DNA of 64,000 bases from Thermoanaerobaculia bacterium (GTDB taxonomy: Bacteria > Acidobacteriota > Thermoanaerobaculia > Gp7-AA8). Below, piece after piece: positions 18,547 through 28,000 of this stretch (its first letter is position 1; every line of letters starts with the position of its first letter). The stretch is taken from positions 378 to 64,377 of the forward strand of contig DASYJY010000035.1 of the NCBI GenBank assembly GCA_035995985.1, read 5' to 3'. A program made the position numbers and the translations under genes. Below the pieces are notes generated by a model that saw only the letters and a list, made by a program, of their open reading frames with translations, did no database searches and was not told the origin of the DNA.

Positions 18547-20172
18547 TCACTCCACGAAGGTGACCTTGTTGATCTCGCGCAACGTGGTCTGTCCGTTCAT
18601 CACTTTCCGGAGCGCCGATTCGCGGAGGAACAGCATTCCTTCTTCTTTCGCAGCTTTCTTGATTTCCGAGGCGGGACGGCGGTCGAGAATCATGGTTCGA
18701 ATACGGTCGGAAAGGTCGAGAAGTTCCGAGATTGCGGCGCGGCCGTGGAAGCCCGTTCCGTTGCAGTCGATGCAACCGGCGCCTTCCGCGAACTTCCTTC
18801 CGCGGAACTCCTTCGGATCGAGCCCCGACTCAATGATGAATGAGTCGGGATATTCGACCTCGTGGCGGCAGGAGTCGCAGATTTTGCGCACCAGCCGCTG
18901 CGCCAGGACGCAGTTGAGCGCCGAGACGAAGTTGTAGAGATCGACCTTCATGTTCAGGAAGCGGCCGAGAACGTCGACGACGTTGTTGGCGTGAACGGTG
19001 GTGAAGACGAGATGGCCGGTGAGCGCCGACTGCACGGCGATGGCGGCCGTCTCTTCGTCGCGGATCTCACCGACCATGACCTTGTCGGGATCGTGACGGA
19101 GGATGGCTCGCAGTCCGCGGGCGAACGTCAGCCCCTTTTTCTCGTTGACCGGAATCTGCGTGATTCCGCGGAGCTGGTACTCGACGGGATCTTCGATGGT
19201 GATGATCTTGTCTTCCGAGGTCTGAATCTCGGAAAGTGCGGCATAGAGCGTCGTCGTCTTGCCGGAGCCGGTCGGACCGGTGACGAGCACCATCCCGTAC
19301 GGCTCTTTGATGAACTTGCGGAACTTGAGCAGCATCTCCTCGTCGAAGCCGAGGACATCGAGGCGCAGGCTCTTGAAGTCGGAGTTCATCGACTCCTTGT
19401 CCAGGATGCGGATGACCGAGTCCTCGCCGTGCGCGGTCGGGACGATGGAGACACGGAAGTCGATGGTGCGGCCGGTGATGCGCAGCTTGAAACGGCCGTC
19501 CTGCGGTACGCGCTTCTCGGCGATGTCGAGCTCGGACATGACCTTGATGCGCGAAATGATGGTGCTGTGGTGGCGCTTGTCGATCGGTTCGAGCGCTTCG
19601 TAGAGCACGCCGTCGATGCGGTACTTGACGACCACTTCGTTGTCGCGCGTCTCGATGTGAATGTCCGAGGCGCGGCGCTGAATGGCATTGAAGACGATGG
19701 AGTCGACCAGCTTGATGATCGGCGACGACTCCTGCGCCGTGATCGAATCGATCGTCAGCGTCTCCTCGCCTTCCTCGTCTTCGCCGACGAGGGTCATGCG
19801 GAAACCTTCGGTCGCTTCGTCCAGGACCCGCTGCGTCGACTCGGACTTCTGCAGCTTGTCGCGGATGGCGGCCGCCGAGGCCACTTTGACTTTCAGCGGC
19901 GCACCGAGCAGGAGCTCGAGCTCATCGAGCTTGAGGACGTCGGTGGGATCGCCGACCACGACGGCGATGTGGCCGTTCTCGCGCTTCTCCGGGAGGAACT
20001 GATAGCGGATCATCAGCTCCAGCGGCACGTCTTTGAAGAGCTGGTGGTCGACCTGGAAGTGCTCGAGGTTGACGAACTCGAAGCCGTATTGCTCGGCCAG
20101 CCGTTGCGCACGCCCGGCTTCACCGGTGGGATCGGCGTTCTTGTAGAGGAGCGTGCGTGGATCGGCGGCCAT
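18547..20172 (-). CDS. gspE: type II secretion / type IV pilus assembly ATPase (GspE/PilB family)
   Basis: Walker A GPTGSGKTT, Asp box, Walker B, His box, tetracysteine CDSC...CIDCNGTG, and an N-terminal GSPII_E_N-like domain. Confidence 0.9.
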   Translation of the reverse strand: MAADPRTLLYKNADPTGEAGRAQRLAEQYGFEFVNLEHFQVDHQLFKDVPLELMIRYQFLPEKRENGHIAVVVGDPTDVLKLDELELLLGAPLKVKVASAAAIRDKLQKSESTQRVLDEATEGFRMTLVGEDEEGEETLTIDSITAQESSPIIKLVDSIVFNAIQRRASDIHIETRDNEVVVKYRIDGVLYEALEPIDKRHHSTIISRIKVMSELDIAEKRVPQDGRFKLRITGRTIDFRVSIVPTAHGEDSVIRILDKESMNSDFKSLRLDVLGFDEEMLLKFRKFIKEPYGMVLVTGPTGSGKTTTLYAALSEIQTSEDKIITIEDPVEYQLRGITQIPVNEKKGLTFARGLRAILRHDPDKVMVGEIRDEETAAIAVQSALTGHLVFTTVHANNVVDVLGRFLNMKVDLYNFVSALNCVLAQRLVRKICDSCRHEVEYPDSFIIESGLDPKEFRGRKFAEGAGCIDCNGTGFHGRAAISELLDLSDRIRTMILDRRPASEIKKAAKEEGMLFLRESALRKVMNGQTTLREINKVTFVE

Positions 20173-20181
20173 GACGGTCTC

Positions 20182-21387
20182 TTATTGCGCGACGTTGCTG
20201 AGCTGGAACAGTGGGAGATAGAAGGCGTAGAGCAGAATGGCGATGACGCTGCCCATGAAGACAAGGATCATCGGCTCGATGGCCGACACCATGCGCGTCA
20301 GGCGCGATTCGATTTCCTCGTCGTAGAACTCACTGACATTTCCGAGCATTTCCGTCAGCGCGCCGGTCGATTCGCCGACCTTGATCATCTCGACGGCGAG
20401 ATCGCTCATCGCGCCGGTGTTTTCGAGCGAGCGCCACAGCGGCTCCCCTTCGCGCACGTTCTGCACGATGCCGAAGATCTTCTTCGAAATGGAGTGGTTG
20501 GTGACGGACTGCGAGGCGATCTCGATCGCCGGAACCATCGGCGTACCGCCCGCGAGCAGCGTTCCGAGCGACTGCGTGAATTGCATGATGGCGAAGCGGT
20601 GCAGGATACCGCCGGCCAGCGGCAGGTTGAGCTTGAATTTGTCCCACGCTACCCGGCCGCTCCCTTTCGCCCATCGCCGGAAAAGGATGTATCCGCCGAC
20701 GAGAACGATGGCGAGGATGGGAAGGTTGGTATTCAGCGTCTTCGAAACGCCGATCATCAAGGTCGTGAACCAGGGCAATTCGGCGCCGAAACCTTGATAG
20801 AACTCGGCGAACTTGGGGATGACCTTGACCAGCATGATGAAGACCATGCCGATCGAGAGAAGGATCAGCACAGTCGGATAAATCATCGCGCCGATGACGC
20901 GCTTTCGCAGGTTGACGATGATCTTCTGGTAGCGAAGGAAGCGGCGTAGCACGCCTTCGAGGTCGCCGGAGCGCTCGCCCGCGCGAAGTGACGTGGAGTA
21001 GATCGGCGGAAAGGAGTCGCCGTACGCGGCAAAAGCGTCGGAGAGCGCGATCCCCGATTTCAGTTTCTCGCGCACGTCCGTCAGCACTTCCCTGAACCGC
21101 AGGTTTTTCTGCCGCTCGAGCATGATGTCGAACGACTGCAGAATCGGCAGTCCCGCTTTCACGAGCGCGAGCAGTTCCTGGTTGAACATCAGGAACATCT
21201 CGGTGGAGATGATTTTCTTGCCGCGCGGAAGAAGATCGCGCAGTTGCATCGCGCCGCGGCGCGCGTCGAAGACGTGCATCCCCTGCTGGCGCAGTTCGTC
21301 TTCAGCGGCGCGAACGCTCATCGCCTGGATGTGGCGTTCGGTGATGGCTCCGTCGGGCGTGCCGACTCTGACAATAAATTCTGGCAT
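20182..21387 (-). CDS. gspF: type II secretion system inner-membrane platform protein GspF/PilC
   Basis: 401 aa with a duplicated GspF domain and three TM segments. Confidence 0.9.
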   Translation of the reverse strand: MPEFIVRVGTPDGAITERHIQAMSVRAAEDELRQQGMHVFDARRGAMQLRDLLPRGKKIISTEMFLMFNQELLALVKAGLPILQSFDIMLERQKNLRFREVLTDVREKLKSGIALSDAFAAYGDSFPPIYSTSLRAGERSGDLEGVLRRFLRYQKIIVNLRKRVIGAMIYPTVLILLSIGMVFIMLVKVIPKFAEFYQGFGAELPWFTTLMIGVSKTLNTNLPILAIVLVGGYILFRRWAKGSGRVAWDKFKLNLPLAGGILHRFAIMQFTQSLGTLLAGGTPMVPAIEIASQSVTNHSISKKIFGIVQNVREGEPLWRSLENTGAMSDLAVEMIKVGESTGALTEMLGNVSEFYDEEIESRLTRMVSAIEPMILVFMGSVIAILLYAFYLPLFQLSNVAQ

Positions 21388-21585
21388 TGCGGTTCTGAGT
21401 CTGCCCTCTACGACGGTTGACGCCGTGAAACGTTCCGGACTCGGGCAGGGTGCTTACAACGGGGTGGGGCCGAAACGGATTCCGCGATTTCCTTGCGATT
21501 GCTGATGTTGCGGTGCCGCGATCGTGTGACCGCCATCACGCCAGCAGCCGAGTATGGCTCCGAACGTGAATGACCTCGGCAGACC

Positions 21586-22680
21586 GTGACAACTACTCCC
21601 CTCCGCCGGCGTAACGATCTGCCACCGGACCCGCCCGCGGAGCCAATCGGCGTCCTCATCGTCGAAGACGACGAAAACTTTTCCGTATGGCTCGCGTCCA
21701 TCGCACGCCGCCTTGGGCTGACCGTCACGACAGCCACAAACGGCGTGGACGCGCTCCGCAAACTCGCCGCTCAACACTTCGACCTGCTCATCTCCGATTT
21801 CGAGATGCCGCGCAAGGACGGCCTCGCGCTCATCGCCGACGTCCGCGCGAATCCGGAGACGAGCGGGTTGTACGCGGTGATGTTGACGGCGCACGACGAG
21901 CTTTCGGTCAAAGTCACCGCCCTCACCCTCGGCTACGACGACTTCCTGGCCAAGGGCTGCACGGAGGTCGAAGTCGTGGCGAAGGTCGCCGCGGCGCGCC
22001 GCATCCTGGCGCGGCAACGCGCGGTCGACGCCGACGCGCGCCAGTGGCGCGACATCGCCAATCACGATGAGCTGACCAGCGTGGCCACGCGCCGCTTTTT
22101 CTTCGAACAAGCCGAACGGCATCTCGCGCAGAACGACAACATCGCCGTCGTCCTCTTCGACGTCAACGACTTCAAGAGCATCAACGACAACTACGGACAT
22201 CTGATGGGCGACCGCGTGCTGAAAGACATGGGCGGTCTTTTTCTACGCCGTACGCGAAGCGACGACGTCATCGCCCGCTACGGCGGCGATGAGTTCGTGC
22301 TGCTGGTGCTCAATCTGACGGTTGACGAAACGCGCGCCGTTGCCGAACGGCTGGCGGCGGAGTTGTCGTCGCTGCAGTGGCACGAACGCGGCGCGACTGT
22401 GCAGGTGGGCGTGACGATCGGCATGGGCTGCTCATCGCTCCTCCCCGGCGCGACGATCCAGCAACTGCTCGAAGTAGCGGACCGCGAGCTGTATGCGAAT
22501 AAGTGGCTGCAGAAACATCCGGCCACGACGGCACCCGAGGTCTACGAATATCCTGATGCCGACACGCCGCCCGCTCGGGCATCTCGGCCGCGGCCGCAGC
22601 GTGTCGTGACTACATCGGCGGCTTCTGCGTCATCTCCGCCGGAATCGTCTCGAGGCGATTCGTCACGTGGTCGTCGATGA
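21586..22680 (+). CDS. response regulator receiver + GGDEF diguanylate cyclase (PleD/WspR-like)
   Basis: REC domain with phospho-acceptor LISDFEMP. GGDEF domain with the active site RYGGDEF. Low-complexity C-terminal tail. Confidence 0.85.
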   Translation: MTTTPLRRRNDLPPDPPAEPIGVLIVEDDENFSVWLASIARRLGLTVTTATNGVDALRKLAAQHFDLLISDFEMPRKDGLALIADVRANPETSGLYAVMLTAHDELSVKVTALTLGYDDFLAKGCTEVEVVAKVAAARRILARQRAVDADARQWRDIANHDELTSVATRRFFFEQAERHLAQNDNIAVVLFDVNDFKSINDNYGHLMGDRVLKDMGGLFLRRTRSDDVIARYGGDEFVLLVLNLTVDETRAVAERLAAELSSLQWHERGATVQVGVTIGMGCSSLLPGATIQQLLEVADRELYANKWLQKHPATTAPEVYEYPDADTPPARASRPRPQRVVTTSAASASSPPESSRGDSSRGRR

Positions 22681-23131
22681 CTTCGCTGTACGGTTCATCG
22701 TTCTGCTGCGCCATGTACGACTGCTCCTGACGAAGGGCAGTCTGCCGCGCCTGTTCAGCCGCGACGCGCATTTCGCGCGCGCTGCGCTCCTGCGCGGCGA
22801 TCGCGCTTGCGTCGCCGGAGTTGCCGGTAGCCCACGAGCGTCCTTGCGCGTCTGGTCCTCCCGCGATTGCAGATGCCGGCGCGGACGGCCAGCGGGAGAT
22901 GACGAGCGTGGTGGAGTCGATGATGACGCGGGACTTCGGATGGAGGCGGGCCTGATAACTGATCTTCGCTGCGCGGACGAGCGGCGAGTCGTAAGCGGAA
23001 GCGGCGGCCGCGGCAACCGGTGGCGGAGCCGGCGCCTGCTTCGCGTTCGTCGCCTTCGTTTCCGCCGCCAAAGCGACGCTGACCACGAAAACCGCAGAGA
23101 CTGCAATGACTACGCTTCCGAGACGTCGCAT
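22610..23131 (-). CDS. hypothetical secreted protein
   Basis: Signal peptide MRRLGSVVIAVSAVFVVSVALAAE, Ala/Gln-rich. Overlaps the GGDEF gene 3' end by ~70 nt, which lowers confidence. Confidence 0.35.
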   Translation of the reverse strand: MRRLGSVVIAVSAVFVVSVALAAETKATNAKQAPAPPPVAAAAASAYDSPLVRAAKISYQARLHPKSRVIIDSTTLVISRWPSAPASAIAGGPDAQGRSWATGNSGDASAIAAQERSAREMRVAAEQARQTALRQEQSYMAQQNDEPYSEVIDDHVTNRLETIPAEMTQKPPM

Positions 23132-23208
23132 CGGCTGGTGCCTCCTGATTGGAAAGTACCGGTTGCAACGGACGCCGCCAATGGGCGCATTCCCTGCCCT
23201 TTCGGGCT

Positions 23209-23805
23209 CTACCGTTCAACCCATTTCTGCCCCTTACCGGCGTAGTAGAGCTTGCGGAGATTGCCGTCCGACCCCGACGAGCGTACCGCGGCGCCAAGGC
23301 TGCCGCCGTCGGTGAGGAAGATCGTCCCCGGAGTACCGGAGCCGATCTGCGAAAACGAACAGATCGAGGAGTTGTTGAACGCGATCGGCGAGGTGCCGGC
23401 CGTGAACGGCGCCAGCGTGTCGGGATCGGTGAAGCCGTTCCCGATCCCGACCTCGATCGGGGCCGTCGTGTTGAGAAGCGGGAACGGGCCTTCGATGCGC
23501 CGGTCCACGCCGCTGGCGATCTCGCTGCGCAGCACGCCATTGCCGTTCTCGTCGGTGTAGATCGCGTACATCCACTCGCCGTTCGTCTGGAAGTAGTAGA
23601 CGCCGCAGTTTTTCGAAAGCGCCGCCGCCGTGCTCTGCGCGCGCACCATTTGCCGGCGCAGCCGATCCGCGGCGGTCGCCAGCGCGAAGCGGCGGTGCAT
23701 GTTGTCGAGCGCCGGTGCTGCCGCCAGCAGCAGGCTGGCCATGATGGCCATACTCACAGCGCATTCGAGGAGCGTCATTCCCTTGGATGTTCTCTTCGGT
23801 TCCAT
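23209..23805 (-). CDS. GspH/FimT-like minor pseudopilin
   Basis: Prepilin leader MEPKRTSKG|MTLLECAVSMAIMASLLL with Glu+5, and a C-terminal beta domain. Confidence 0.7.
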   Translation of the reverse strand: MEPKRTSKGMTLLECAVSMAIMASLLLAAAPALDNMHRRFALATAADRLRRQMVRAQSTAAALSKNCGVYYFQTNGEWMYAIYTDENGNGVLRSEIASGVDRRIEGPFPLLNTTAPIEVGIGNGFTDPDTLAPFTAGTSPIAFNNSSICSFSQIGSGTPGTIFLTDGGSLGAAVRSSGSDGNLRKLYYAGKGQKWVER

Positions 23806-23968
23806 TGCTCTTCTCCTTTGTTCGGAGAAGGCCATTGCAAGAGAACGGAGGCAGACGCATTTTCAGCTAAGTTGCTGCGAGCAGACGAGTTATCAAACTC
23901 GATGAGGCGCGCCAGCCGTCAAAAAGATTGGCGGCGTCGCCGGTTTTTCACGCGGCGACGCCGTGCCG

Positions 23969-25081
23969 TTACGACGAACCGGAGGTGATGACGATCGACT
24001 CCTTCGAGTCGATGTGGCCGATGTAGCTGGCCAGAATCACCATGCGGGCGAGGATGCGCCGCGATCCGGCCGGCCCGACGATCAGAAACTCGAGGCCGGA
24101 GGGGAAGGTCGGCACATTGGAGTCGAAGACGGCGTATTTCGGAATGGGGTCTCGCACCTGGATCGAGCCGTCGGCCTTCTTGACATCCGTGTTCAGGTTG
24201 AAACGAGCTGCCGAGGGGCGGTAGCCGACGGTGTAATCCATCTTGCCGGAGATGCGTCCGCCGTTCAGCCCCTTCACCAGACTCGCCGACGTCGGCAGCG
24301 CGATGGTCGGGCTGTTGATGGCGGTGAACCCCATTGAGGCGCTGATCGTGTAGAACGCGGTCGGCGCCGCCACTCCCGAATTCCATGCTTTTGTCGTCGG
24401 CTGCGTCGCGCCAGTGACGGGATCCGTGTAGGTGCTCAACTGAGTGGCTACTTTCGTTTTATCGGTAGCGAGGGTGCCCGGCAGCGCGGCCCACTGCGTC
24501 AATTGCGAATAATCGGCGTAGATGTCGCTCTTCGCCTGGATCGCGTCCACGAAATAGTTCTGCCCCGCGAAGCCGTGAGTGAACCGCTGCGTCAGGTAGA
24601 AAACCTGAAACTGGTAACGGTCGACGAGCATCGTCCCCCCGGTTATGCTCAAGCCCGTTATGACCGCTGGCGAAAGTTGTTTGGCGACCAGCAGCACGTT
24701 GCCGGTGTAGCGAGTGGCTGGGTCATCGGGGACTAGTGAGGTGCTGGCCGGATTTAAGACCGGCATCTTCGAACCCGTCAGCAGCGGAAACGCGGCTGGA
24801 AATGTGAGGGCCGAGAAATAGCCGGGGCCGGTGCTGGCGGCGCTGCCTTCGAAGACAACTCGCGATTGCAACAACTCACGTTGAATGGCGTTGACCGCGC
24901 TCTGTCCGTAGATCGGAAGGTCGTTGTGCTCTTCCACGAAAAGGCTGGTCTGCACGCTGTCTTCGAGGAGCGTGTACGAGATAAAGAAAAGGACGGTAAA
25001 AAGAGCGACGACCACCATCATTTCCATCAGCGTGATGCCACGCTGGCCTCTCGGGCGGGATTTCATCTTCGTCATCATCAT
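23969..25081 (-). CDS. GspJ/PilW-like minor pseudopilin (enlarged, 370 aa)
   Basis: Leader KSRPRGQRG|ITLMEMMVVVALFTVLFFISY with Glu+5. 4-nt overlap with the upstream giant pseudopilin gene. Confidence 0.6.
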   Translation of the reverse strand: MMMTKMKSRPRGQRGITLMEMMVVVALFTVLFFISYTLLEDSVQTSLFVEEHNDLPIYGQSAVNAIQRELLQSRVVFEGSAASTGPGYFSALTFPAAFPLLTGSKMPVLNPASTSLVPDDPATRYTGNVLLVAKQLSPAVITGLSITGGTMLVDRYQFQVFYLTQRFTHGFAGQNYFVDAIQAKSDIYADYSQLTQWAALPGTLATDKTKVATQLSTYTDPVTGATQPTTKAWNSGVAAPTAFYTISASMGFTAINSPTIALPTSASLVKGLNGGRISGKMDYTVGYRPSAARFNLNTDVKKADGSIQVRDPIPKYAVFDSNVPTFPSGLEFLIVGPAGSRRILARMVILASYIGHIDSKESIVITSGSS

Positions 25082-28000
25082 GGTGATCTCTGTAAGAACG
25101 CGCGGTACTGGTGGAATGAGTAGTGTAACGGGTAACCCTCCCGGTAACCCTCTACGCGGATCAGATAGTTGCCTTGCGGAAAGGTCCCTGCCGGTGTATT
25201 GAAGGTCGTCGACGAGGTCGTGCTGGCCGCTGACACAGCCACGGAGATCTCGTGCGCCGGGTCCGGCTTCACGCCTGTATAGGCCACTGAGTTGTCCTGG
25301 ATGTATTTCCAGCCCGTGGGATTTCCATTTGCAGGATTCTTATCGGGAACGCCGTTACTCGGACTGTAGATCACGGCGTACTTCATCGTCAGCGTTTCCG
25401 TCCAGTTGGCGTACTGCGGGTCCGTCGTGTACGTGAGATCATCCCACCGTTTCCACGTCGTTTTCCACCCGACGGTGATGGAACTCTTATTTTTCAGATC
25501 GGTATTTTCATTCGGATCGGTGATGACCACGCGAGGCAACTGGCGTACATGCTTCGCTTTCGGACTGGCTGACGCATCGGTATAGAGGCCGCCATTCATG
25601 TAACTCTGAATCAATGTCAGGAACGACCATTTTGCGATGAAGGTCGTGCCGGCTACGCCGGTCGGTGAAAGACCATTGACGGCAATGAACGCGGGATTAT
25701 TACTGGCCGGATCGGTCAGAGCGAGGAGGGCGCTTCCCTGTGTCTCGCCACCTGGATGCGTGTAGTACGTATTCAGCACCCTGGCCACATACGCATTGGG
25801 ATAGGTGGCCGGCTCGAGGAAGTTCTCGGGGTTATAGCCGGTATTGTTGACATTGATGTCAAAAGGACGGGCGTTGTCGATCGTGTCCGGAACGGGCAGT
25901 GCGTAGTTGTCGGCGATGTCCTTTCCAGGGCCTGGGCTGGTGATATTGGCTTGATCGCCATCGTGATACGTGTGGTGGAACGTCGCGGCCGCATTGCCGC
26001 TCCAGAACAATGTCGTACTGCCCATCTCCTTCGTGCGGCGCACCGACGCGGTCAGGTTCGTGCCGTTGAACGGAGGGAACTTGGCGCGGTCATCGCGGAC
26101 GAACTTAGTTCCGCCGGTGCCGGTCGGGATATTGCCGTTGGCAAGCCAGGACGCGTAAGACGTATCCGGATAAAGCTCGCCCATCCACGGTTTCGCCCAC
26201 CAGACCGGCGGCGCGGCGTTGTCGCGGATGTATTTTACAGTCCCGGTAATGGAGTTCTCGTAAAGGCTGCCACCCGATCCGGTAAATGGCTTTGTAGACA
26301 CCGGAACACTGCTTGGAAATCCATTGGCTGAGTCATAGCCGATCTCGTTGCCGATGCCGATGTAGTAGTAGGAGAAGCCGGTCATCGTCGTCCAAATAGC
26401 ATTGGACCGCGTAAGTGAGGACCGCAGCATCTGGAAGAGCCGGTGTACGTCGATCTCGAGAGAACCCGCGCCGGTGTCCCACCCGGCATCGGCGAGATTG
26501 CCGTTGTTGTTGATACCGTACTGCTGCGCGCCTACGTTGTAAACCCAGCCGGGCCAGCCAGGCGTCCTCCCGATCGAATTATCGAACCCGAGCTCAGCAC
26601 CGCAATTGTTTGCGGCGGTTGTGTCGAATTGTACGGAACCCGGCCGTCCTTTCGTGGTGATCCGAACTCTGCCGCTGACAGCGTCAGCGTTCGCGACACC
26701 GGTAAACAAAACATTGGCCATGAGCTTCGCAACGACCTGTGCGGCGGTCATATCGACCGTCGACGCTGAAAGTGTTGTCGAAATTGCGAGCGCGACGCCA
26801 TCGATCTTTACAACAAACTTATTGTTCTGGCTACCACCGCTGGCCACGATGTGAAATGGCTCGACGTCCGCGCTCGTGATTTCGGCGGATCCTCCGCGAT
26901 TGCGGTTGGCATCCTCCATATCATCGAAATAGCGGTTGTAGCCCATGCCAAGCGGGCTCTCATACGCGCCAGCCGCAACGGCCGGCGGGCCAACGATCGC
27001 GCCGGCCGGAAATGCAGACGGACTAAAAACATTGGGCCGTTTCAGATCCGCATACGGGCAGTGACGCGGATCGCCGATCACCTGGAAGCGCTCCGTGATA
27101 GGCAACTTCGGCGGCGTCGCGGCGGTGCCATAGATGTAAGAATTAGGCCCGCACCATACAAAGGTGCGGCTCTTGTTCTCAGGGTCGACGGCGTTGGGAT
27201 AAAGATAGCCACTCGTTTCCTGGTCGCCAATACGCGTTTCCACGGAGAGAACCGCGCCCGTCGCCGGGATCGCTGCCGCGGGAATCTTGATGAGCCAACG
27301 CGCTGTGTTTTTCGGCCGTACGGCGGTGGATGTCAGGTCTGTAGAGAACTGAACTGCACCAGTCGTGAGATCTTCAACGGGCGATGGAATGTAATCGAGG
27401 CCGTAAAGCCGATCCTCGGGTGCCAGGCCGCGGCCACTCGTCTCCGTCGGAGTTCTCAGCGGTGAACCGTATAGCTTGAGGACGGTGTCGCCTGTGGCCG
27501 CGTCGATATTGTAGGTCCACGCCATCTGGTTCGGTTTCCCCACGACTGGGTAGGAAGCAGCGGCGACAGGAGCTGCGTCGTAAGCATCCGCGCCTCCCGA
27601 TCCGTCATTGTCGACCCCGCCGTGAATTGCCTGAACGTTGCAGGTGGTGCCAGCCGGAGGTGGAGCGACCGGCGTGCAGCCCGCGGGGTTGGCCGGAATC
27701 CACGAATTCAAACCGTTGATGCGGATCGTTAACGGTACGGGCATGATCGCCGGCGCCGAGACCGGATCGGTATATGTATAAACGCGCAGCGTCACCCAGT
27801 TGTTCGCGGCATAGGCCAATTGCTCGGGATGCGTGACGGCGCGAACGTTCTGCAGTCCGGCGGTTCCGGGACTCTTGGCCGCATCCGAGTAATTGCGCAC
27901 CGGCGGGAACGGCATCAGCTCACCGTGAAGATTGATGATCAGCGCGTTGGTGTAGTTCTGCGGATTCATGTACATGTCGTCCATGAGCAGACGCCATGTC

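Noticed and set aside
18862-20949. 695-aa plus-strand ORF across gspE/gspF
   Set aside because: It is antisense to the ATPase and platform genes, which have clear Walker and GspF motifs.
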